64,000 bases of DNA, taken from Elusimicrobia bacterium GWA2_69_24 (GTDB taxonomy: Bacteria > Elusimicrobiota > Elusimicrobia > UBA1565). The DNA lies in the NCBI GenBank assembly GCA_001799695.1, contig MGTY01000022.1, forward strand, positions 4,031-68,030. The letters run 5' to 3'. Both the position numbers and the translations under genes were made by a program. Shown piece after piece: positions 57,560 through 64,000 of the stretch. Numbering within the stretch: position 1 is the first letter of the stretch; each line of letters begins with the position of its first letter. The notes under the pieces were generated by a model. That model saw nothing but the letters and a program-made list of their open reading frames with translations. It did no database searches and was not told where the DNA came from.

Positions 57560-58264
57560 ATGATCGAGCGTCTGTTCGACTGGACTCTGGCAGCGATCAA
57601 GCACCTTAAGTATCTGTACTTGCGGATTCGGATCCACGCGCGGATCAGGCGGAGTGCTATGCGACGCGGATCGATGCAAGACTTGGCCGTCTATTCGACT
57701 CCTGAATTCGCGGCGAGCGTGGGCGTGTGGGGCGTCGGGAGCGTCTGGAACGAGATCCAATTCTTGCTGATCAATTGCCGGGGGCGGATTCTCGATATTG
57801 CCTGCGGGCCGTGCGAATCGCTGGTCACGGCGCGATCTCGTCTCGAGCGCGATGTGTATGGTTGCGACATCTCCGCATATTTGATTCGCAGGGCGGTGGA
57901 GGCAGGCGCGCCTGCCTCGCGATTGACGATATGCGATGCGACGGCGATTCCGTACTGCGACGATGCGTTCGATTACTCCTACTCGATCGGTTCGCTCGAG
58001 CATTTCACCGAAGAAGGGATCACCGCCGTGGTGAGAGAGACGCATCGAATCACTCGAAACGCGTCATTTCACCAGGTGCCGACGTCTCGAAGCGGCAGGG
58101 ATGAGGGATGGATCGTCCTTAATCAGAGCTATTTCAATAATTCGCTTGAGTGGTGGCTGCTAAAGTTCCGGGAGACGTATGCGACGGTCTACGTCCTGGA
58201 TTCAAGCTGGGAAGATCCTTTGTCCCTGGGTAAGTGGTTCGTGTGCGTCAGGAAGGGCGCGTAA
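57560..58264 (+). CDS. class I SAM-dependent methyltransferase
   Basis: ILDIACGPCESL motif I and DYSYSIGSLEHF. Confidence 0.65.
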   Translation: MIERLFDWTLAAIKHLKYLYLRIRIHARIRRSAMRRGSMQDLAVYSTPEFAASVGVWGVGSVWNEIQFLLINCRGRILDIACGPCESLVTARSRLERDVYGCDISAYLIRRAVEAGAPASRLTICDATAIPYCDDAFDYSYSIGSLEHFTEEGITAVVRETHRITRNASFHQVPTSRSGRDEGWIVLNQSYFNNSLEWWLLKFRETYATVYVLDSSWEDPLSLGKWFVCVRKGA

Positions 58265-58269
58265 CGCGA

Positions 58270-59259
58270 ATGCGACATGTGCTGATCACCGGCGGTATGG
58301 GATTCATCGGAACCGCCATCGTGAAGCGATTCGCAGCCACCGATCGTGTCACGGTCGCGGACCGACTCGACTTCGGGACGTCCCCTGACGTCGACGCTCT
58401 GTGCGCGAACGGCTCCGTCGAGCTGGTGAAGACGGATCTGGCCGAGCTGTCCCCCCTGCACCGGCGGGTGAGGGAAGGGGAGTTCGAGGCGATCATCCAC
58501 CTGGCCTCGCTGACGCACATCCCGCTCTGCGAGGAGTACCCGCATATTGCGTACCAGTCCAACGTCATCTCGGCCCTCAACTTGGTATCGCGGATCCCCG
58601 GGGAGTGCCGTTTCGTCAACTTCTCGACCTCGTCGGTCTATGCCCCCGAGTCGCGGCCGCACGTGGAGGAGGCCTCGCCGCTTGGCGCGTGCGACTTCTA
58701 CGGCCTGACGAAGAAACACGTCGAGGACCTGGCCCAGTACTACGCGGAGCGAAACGGCCTGCGGATCCTGAACATCCGGCCGGCTAACGCGGCGGGGGTT
58801 GGCGAGACCAACCCGAAGCTGCTCGGCACGATCCTCCAGCAGGTCGGCAGCGGCGCGCCGGCGCTCGAACTGGGGAGCCTGACACCACGGCGCGACTTCA
58901 TCCATGTCGACGACATCGCGTGGGCGATCGCACGGCTGGTGGATCTCTGGCCGATCGAACGCGGCCGGGTGGAGACCGTCAACGTGGGCACGGGGCACGC
59001 GCCCGTGTCGGTGGAAGAGGTCGCCCGGAAGATCCTGGCCCTTGCCGGGCGCAGTATCGAGATCTGCAGTGTCGCGAGCCGGCGTCGCCGGCTCGAGCGT
59101 GAGCTGCTGGCGGTCGACGTCACGAAGCTCCGGCGCCTCCTCCCCGACTACCGCCCACGGCGCGTCGACGAGTGGCTCCCCGCGGTCGTGCGGGACCCGC
59201 GGTTGCGTGTCGAGAACCGGCTCGAGCAGGAACTGAAGGAGCGGACCCCTGACGCGTAG
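58270..59259 (+). CDS. NAD-dependent epimerase/dehydratase
   Basis: VLITGGMGFIGTAI Rossmann motif and YGLTKKHVE (YxxxK). Confidence 0.75.
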   Translation: MRHVLITGGMGFIGTAIVKRFAATDRVTVADRLDFGTSPDVDALCANGSVELVKTDLAELSPLHRRVREGEFEAIIHLASLTHIPLCEEYPHIAYQSNVISALNLVSRIPGECRFVNFSTSSVYAPESRPHVEEASPLGACDFYGLTKKHVEDLAQYYAERNGLRILNIRPANAAGVGETNPKLLGTILQQVGSGAPALELGSLTPRRDFIHVDDIAWAIARLVDLWPIERGRVETVNVGTGHAPVSVEEVARKILALAGRSIEICSVASRRRRLERELLAVDVTKLRRLLPDYRPRRVDEWLPAVVRDPRLRVENRLEQELKERTPDA

Positions 59260-59269
59260 GAAGTATCTG

Positions 59270-60460
59270 GTGGTCAGCCCGGCGTACCCGCCGCCCTTCG
59301 TGGGCGGGTCGAAGGTCTGGACCTACAACATGGTCGAGAACTGCCCGGAGCCGTTCGACGTCTTGACGGGTGCCCTGAAGCCCGGGTGCGCGGAGGTCAT
59401 CGGCCCGCGCCACGGCGTCTTCCGGAGCCGCTTCCTGTGGGACTCGAACACCAGCAATCCGACTCACCTCGACCTCCTCGTCTCGTACGGGTACATGCTT
59501 GGCTGGTGCGCGCTCCGACTCCTGCGCGTGCGCTACACCGCGGTGGTCGCGGGGGCGTTCGACTTCGCCAACGGCTGGCTGTTCCTCCTCGGCGCGATCA
59601 TGAGGGTGCCCGTCATCGGCCTCGGCAACGCCGAGGAGTTCACCCTCACCCTGCACGGCAAGGGATGGCGCAACTCCGTCAAGCGGCAGTGGTTGAAGCT
59701 CACGCACCGTCGGGCGGCCGGATTCGTCGTCGTCTGCGATTTTTGCAAGGATGTGCTGACCTCGATCGGAGTCGACCCGCGGCGGATTCACGTCGTGCCC
59801 TCGAGCATCAACCCGATCCGGCTACGACCGCGCACGGTGTGGCGGCGGAACGGGCGTCACGTCCTGAGTGTCGGCCGGCTCGTCGAGCGAAAGGGCTTCC
59901 ACCATCTCATCGACGCGGTGGCGCTCTTGCGGCGGGAGCTGCCTGACATCCGGCTCAGCATCGTGGGCGATGGCCCGTGGCGACAGCGGCTGGAGGAGAC
60001 GGTGGCGCGTGAGGGCCTCGCCGAGCACGTCGCGATTCGTGGCGGCCTGGGCGAGGAGGAGGTCGCCGATCTCTACGGCCAGTGCGATGTTTTCGTGCTC
60101 GCGCACATGATGCTGGAGAATGGGGACACCGAGGGGTGCCCGACCGTCTTCTCGGAGGCGGCCGGCAACGGCCTGCCGGTGATCGGCGGGACGGGGGGCG
60201 GCGCCGAGACCGCGATCGTGCACGGCATGACGGGCTACATCGTCGATTCGCGCAATACCCGGGAATTGGCCGAGAGGATCGGCTCTCTTCTCAAGGATCC
60301 GGCGCTCGTGGAGAGGATGGGCCGCGCGGGCATGGAGAAGGTCCGGCGCGATCACGATGCCGGCAAGGCCGGCGCGCGGTTTCACGAGAGCATCCGCCGG
60401 GTCGTCGAGGGCGATCTGCGCGCGGTCGGGCCCGGCGAAGAAGTGCCCCTCCAGGCATGA
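59270..60460 (+). CDS. GT4-family (GT-B) glycosyltransferase
   Basis: C-terminal E-x7-E region FSEAAGNGLPVIGG...G.IV and an overall glycos_transf_1 pattern. GTG start. Confidence 0.8.
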   Translation: MVSPAYPPPFVGGSKVWTYNMVENCPEPFDVLTGALKPGCAEVIGPRHGVFRSRFLWDSNTSNPTHLDLLVSYGYMLGWCALRLLRVRYTAVVAGAFDFANGWLFLLGAIMRVPVIGLGNAEEFTLTLHGKGWRNSVKRQWLKLTHRRAAGFVVVCDFCKDVLTSIGVDPRRIHVVPSSINPIRLRPRTVWRRNGRHVLSVGRLVERKGFHHLIDAVALLRRELPDIRLSIVGDGPWRQRLEETVAREGLAEHVAIRGGLGEEEVADLYGQCDVFVLAHMMLENGDTEGCPTVFSEAAGNGLPVIGGTGGGAETAIVHGMTGYIVDSRNTRELAERIGSLLKDPALVERMGRAGMEKVRRDHDAGKAGARFHESIRRVVEGDLRAVGPGEEVPLQA

Positions 60461-60483
60461 CGCCAGGAGACGAGGGAGGAGCG

Positions 60484-61794
60484 ATGGTCAGAGACGATGT
60501 GCCGGAGGTCGTCGTGGTCGGCGCCGGCTACGTCGGTCTCACCCTGGCGGTCCACATGGCTTCGAGCGGCGTGTCCGTGCTCGCCGTCGACATCGACGAG
60601 CGGAAGATCGACGAGCTGCGCCGAGGCGAAACCGCGATGTTCGAGAACGGGATCCGCGACGCGCTCAGACGGTGCGTCACCGCTGGCAGACTGCGCGTGT
60701 CCACCGTCTGCCCGGCGGGCGCGCCGGCATGGATCATCGCAATCTCCTACTTCCCCGGGGACACCGACGGCTTCCTGGCCGTCCTGGACCAGGTGCAGGG
60801 CGTGGGCGGCGAGCCACCGATGGTGATGATTCGAGGGACCGTGCCCGTCGGGTACACGCGTTCCTACGTGAAGCCGGTTCTCGAGAAGCGGTTCGGGGGC
60901 GAGGTCGACGAGGCGTTCTTTCTCGTCAACGCGCCTGAGAGGACGCTCTCCGGCGCGGCGCTCGAGGAGCTGGCGCGGCTGCCGCAGCTCGTCGGTGGCC
61001 CCCCTCGATCGCTCGACAGGGCCCTCGCGCTGTTCCGAGCGGCGCGTATGCCCTGCCTGACGTTGCCGAGTTTCGAGGCGACAGAGATCGCCAAGACCTT
61101 CACTAACTTCGCCCGCCTCGTGCAGTTCAATCTGGCGAACTTCCTCGGAGTGCTGTGCCACGAGTGGAATCTGAGCGAGGAGCGCGTGATCGAGGCCATC
61201 ACGGCCGAGTACCCGCGGCTCGGATTCCTGAGCGCTCCCGGGCCCGGCGTGGGCGGCTTCTGCCTCCCGAAGGACTGCCTGGTCCTCCACGACGGGCTGC
61301 ACGCGAGTCTCGGACGGCCTGGGCTGGCCGACTATCCCGCGCAGCAGTACGCCCTGAACGACGAGATCATCCAGTTCCAGGAGCGTCACGTGCTCGAGCT
61401 CGTCGCTGACGCGCGGCGCGTCCTGGCGGTTGGCGTGGCCTTCAAGGGACTTCCGCAGACGGACGACACGCGAGGATCCGTCGGCGTGCGCATCGTGCAG
61501 ATCCTGATGAAGGCGGGCGCAGACGTCCTGGTTCACGACCGGACCGTGAGCCCGCGCGTCCTTCAGGCGTTGGGGTTATCCCTCGCCCACACGCCGCTCG
61601 ATCTCCGGGGTTTCGATGCGGTGCTGCTCCTCAACAACGATCCCGAGTACCGGCGCATCCTCGCCGCGGCTCTGCCGGAGCACGACGACGTGCGGGTGCG
61701 GCTCTACGATCCCTGGCGCACCGTAGTGCGACCAGGCGAGCGGGTCTTCCAGCGCGACTATCCGCTGGGCACGCTGCTGAGGGAGACGACCTGA
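60484..61794 (+). CDS. NDP-sugar 6-dehydrogenase (UDP-glucose/GDP-mannose dehydrogenase family)
   Basis: GGGAGGAG RBS. VVVGAGYVGL Rossmann motif and the catalytic-Cys motif GGFCLPKD. Confidence 0.85.
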   Translation: MVRDDVPEVVVVGAGYVGLTLAVHMASSGVSVLAVDIDERKIDELRRGETAMFENGIRDALRRCVTAGRLRVSTVCPAGAPAWIIAISYFPGDTDGFLAVLDQVQGVGGEPPMVMIRGTVPVGYTRSYVKPVLEKRFGGEVDEAFFLVNAPERTLSGAALEELARLPQLVGGPPRSLDRALALFRAARMPCLTLPSFEATEIAKTFTNFARLVQFNLANFLGVLCHEWNLSEERVIEAITAEYPRLGFLSAPGPGVGGFCLPKDCLVLHDGLHASLGRPGLADYPAQQYALNDEIIQFQERHVLELVADARRVLAVGVAFKGLPQTDDTRGSVGVRIVQILMKAGADVLVHDRTVSPRVLQALGLSLAHTPLDLRGFDAVLLLNNDPEYRRILAAALPEHDDVRVRLYDPWRTVVRPGERVFQRDYPLGTLLRETT

Positions 61795-61796
61795 GC

Positions 61797-63650
61797 ATGT
61801 GCGGCTTCTTCAGTGCCTTCGGCGATGGCCCGGATCTCCGGCAAGGGACTCGAGACGCCCGCTTCGCTGCCGCCCTGGCTCACCGCGGCCCCGATGACTA
61901 CCAAACGCTTCGGCGCGCGCGCTACGAGGTCATGTTCTGGCGGCTCTCGATCGTCGACCAGGCCGGCGGCAAGCAGCCGATGATGTCCGCCGACGGTGCG
62001 GTCGCCGTGCTCTTCAACGGGGAGATCTACAACTACCGCGCGCTCCGAAGCGAGCTCGCGACCCGCGGATACGCCTTCCGCAGCAGCAGCGACACCGAGG
62101 TGATCCTCGCGGCGTACGAAACATGGGGCCGGGAGTGCTTCGAGCGGCTCGAAGGGATGTTCGCGGTCTGTGTCATCGACGAGCGGGCGAACCGGATCGT
62201 CCTCGCGCGCGACCGCCTCGGAGTGAAGCCACTCTACTTCCAGCGCGACGCAGCGGGCCTACGGGTCGCCTCGGAGCAGAAGGCGCTGCTGGCATGGAGC
62301 GGCGCGTCCCCCCAGATCGATCGCGGAAGCGTCCTCCGCTATCTGGTCTTCCAGACGATTCTCGGCACGCGGACGCTGTTCCGGGGCGTCGCGAAAGTGC
62401 CCGCCGGGCACGTCCTCGAGTTCGACTTCCACACGCGCCTGCTCGTCGGCGCCCATCGGATCGCGCCGACCCGGACGCAGCTGCCCGGGCACGACTACGA
62501 CGAGTACGCGGAAGCCGTTCGCCAGTGCGTGACGGAGCATGTACGGCTGGCGCTCGACACGGAACATCCGTGGTGCATGCACCTCAGCGGCGGGCTTGAC
62601 TCGAACCTGCTCCTCGGTCTGGCGCGGCGGCTCGATCCGGCGAGGGAGATCGTGTGCGTGTCGAGCCTCGTCGGAGGCGAGACGGACCCGGAGTGGCCGC
62701 TCATTCGTGAATCGGCGGAGCGCCAGCGCGTCCGGCTGCGCGTCGCGACGATCGACGAAGCGGCGTTCTTCGGCGTGCTGGACGAGGCGATCTTCTACCT
62801 GGACGAGCCCGTGGGCGACCCCGGCGTCGTCGCCCAGTTCATCGTGGACCGCATGGCGGCCGAGGAATCGAAGGTCGTGTTCTCCGGACAGGGCGCGGAC
62901 GAGATGTTCTTCGGCTATGTGCGCAATCTCGCGGCGTATCTGCTGGCGATCGGGGCGCTGCGCCCTGGCGGACCCGGTCTTCACGAGAACGCCCGGGAGT
63001 TCCTGCGCGGCTGGGAGGGTTTCCTCGACGCGATGATGGCCACGGGGGACGCCTCGGTCGAGTTCGCCTACTTCCGGAAGCTCTGCCGCTTCGACCCGTT
63101 CGCGCCCGCGGACGACGCGAGCCCCGAATTCGTGGACGGGCTCCGCGAGCTGGCCCTGGAGACGTACCTGGAGCTCCTCGCGCAGTCCGACTCGCTGCAC
63201 GACTTCATGCTCCGTGCGGAGACCCGCATCCAGCTTCCGGCGCTACTGCAGATGGAGGACCGCGCGTCCATGCGGTACTCCCTGGAGGCGCGCGTGCCGC
63301 TGTGCACGACGTCGGTGCTGGACCTCGCGAGCGCGGCGCAGCTCGACTGGAAGTTCCGTGACGGCTGCCCGAAGGGCGTGCTGCGCGACGTGTTTCGCGA
63401 CGTCGTCCCGGAACATGTGCTGCGGCGCAAGGCGAAGGTGGGGCGGCCGATTCCCCTCGGCGCGTGGTTGCGGGGCGCTCGGGCGGACGCCTACCTCGAG
63501 CCGCTCCGGGACAAGAAGGAGCTGTTCGCCGAGCTGACCGGCATGGACTTCGTCGGGTATGCGCTCGGCCGCCGCGGTCCCTACGACCGTTCCGCGTGGG
63601 CCGCGCTGAGTCTGGCCAAGTGGATCGATCTCTATCGTGTGAGCGTCTGA
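61797..63650 (+). CDS. asparagine-synthetase-B-family glutamine amidotransferase (WbpS-like, candidate uronamide formation)
   Basis: N-terminal MCGF (the Ntn nucleophile Cys2), SGGLDS PP-loop in the synthetase domain. 617 aa. Confidence 0.85.
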   Translation: MCGFFSAFGDGPDLRQGTRDARFAAALAHRGPDDYQTLRRARYEVMFWRLSIVDQAGGKQPMMSADGAVAVLFNGEIYNYRALRSELATRGYAFRSSSDTEVILAAYETWGRECFERLEGMFAVCVIDERANRIVLARDRLGVKPLYFQRDAAGLRVASEQKALLAWSGASPQIDRGSVLRYLVFQTILGTRTLFRGVAKVPAGHVLEFDFHTRLLVGAHRIAPTRTQLPGHDYDEYAEAVRQCVTEHVRLALDTEHPWCMHLSGGLDSNLLLGLARRLDPAREIVCVSSLVGGETDPEWPLIRESAERQRVRLRVATIDEAAFFGVLDEAIFYLDEPVGDPGVVAQFIVDRMAAEESKVVFSGQGADEMFFGYVRNLAAYLLAIGALRPGGPGLHENAREFLRGWEGFLDAMMATGDASVEFAYFRKLCRFDPFAPADDASPEFVDGLRELALETYLELLAQSDSLHDFMLRAETRIQLPALLQMEDRASMRYSLEARVPLCTTSVLDLASAAQLDWKFRDGCPKGVLRDVFRDVVPEHVLRRKAKVGRPIPLGAWLRGARADAYLEPLRDKKELFAELTGMDFVGYALGRRGPYDRSAWAALSLAKWIDLYRVSV

Positions 63651-63666
63651 CGACCAGGTCATCGCG

Positions 63667-64000
63667 TTGTACACGATTTCGAACCTCCTCGCGCCGTTCT
63701 TTCTCCCCGCCGGGCTGGTCGCCCTCGGCTTGCTCGGGTGCATCGTCCTCGCGCTCCGGCAGCGGGCGCGCGCGGTGGCGGGCGCGTTGATCGGGGTGTT
63801 CGCCGTCTACTACCTGGCCGCGACCTGGCCTCTGGGGAGCCTGCTCGTCGACGCGCTGGAGCGCCAGGCTCCCGCGGCGGACAAGGCAGTGCGGCCGGAC
63901 GGCGCCAGCGCGATCGTCGTCCTGGCAGGAGCGGCCAGCGACGCGCCCCCCGAGCGGGCCGAGCTCAACGGCCCCGGATGGCGGCGGCTGTGGAGGGGTG
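63667..64000 (+). CDS. membrane-anchored DUF218/YdcF-like protein, N-terminal fragment running off the window
   Basis: Open frame from TTG 63667 with a TM helix (ISNLLAPFFLPAGLVALGLLGCIVLAL) followed by ...ASAIVVLAG. No stop within the window. Confidence 0.35.
   Translation, partial: MYTISNLLAPFFLPAGLVALGLLGCIVLALRQRARAVAGALIGVFAVYYLAATWPLGSLLVDALERQAPAADKAVRPDGASAIVVLAGAASDAPPERAELNGPGWRRLWRG

Noticed and set aside
1-64000. CRISPR arrays, rRNA/tRNA genes, transposases/integrases
   Set aside because: No regularly spaced direct repeats, no rRNA- or tRNA-like conserved segments, and no DDE transposase or tyrosine-recombinase motifs were seen. The compositional mosaicism lacks identifiable mobile-element boundaries.

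Overview
This is high-GC (about 70%) bacterial DNA with frequent GTG/TTG start codons and many 4-nt start/stop overlaps (GTGA/ATGA), so most genes sit in long translationally coupled operons. Almost the whole window is a cell-envelope glycan biosynthesis island. From 1 to 2.9 kb there are generic redox and hydrolase genes (SDR, Zn-alcohol dehydrogenase, alpha/beta hydrolase). From 3 to 14 kb there is a Wzi-like capsule assembly protein, undecaprenyl-PP synthase (UppS), two tandem paralogous His-motif membrane proteins of unknown function, two HEPN/MNT pairs flanking a small methyltransferase and a polyprenyl-phosphate sugar GT2, and an ArnT/PMT-like GT-C. From 14.2 to 33 kb a roughly 17-gene plus-strand operon encodes an SGNH hydrolase, a GDPD-like protein, a RuBisCO-like protein (RLP), a cupin, a nucleotidyltransferase, an MsbA/PglK-like ABC exporter, two tandem unknown paralogs, GmhA, a domain-swapped HldE-like heptose kinase/adenylyltransferase, epimerases, a split transketolase, a Zn-alcohol dehydrogenase, a HAD phosphatase, an APH-like kinase, a dehydratase and a methyltransferase. 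From 33 to 38 kb a minus-strand block carries two Zn-ribbon sugar C-methyltransferase-family paralogs, two SDRs and an epimerase. From 38 to 64 kb a plus-strand block carries a WbuC cupin, GT2, methyltransferases, a second GT-C, a DoxX-methyltransferase fusion, and a complete legionaminic-acid-type nonulosonic acid pathway. That pathway comprises a Gfo/Idh/MocA oxidoreductase, a CMP-sugar synthetase, PtmA-like SDR, WbuZ/WbuY/WbuX amidotransferase set, 4,6-dehydratase, aminotransferase, N-acetyltransferase, NeuC-like and NeuB-like enzymes, and a CBS-domain PtmE-like nucleotidyltransferase. It is followed by a candidate transferase, two more methyltransferases, an epimerase, GT4, UDP-sugar dehydrogenase and an AsnB-like amidotransferase. 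No rRNA, tRNA, CRISPR array or transposase is evident. Long reverse-strand and arginine-rich ORFs are high-GC artefacts. The most novel-looking elements are the RLP/cupin/nucleotidyltransferase operon, the His-motif membrane paralog pair, the heptose-plus-transketolase-plus-C-methyltransferase module, and the tandem unknown paralogs after the ABC exporter.
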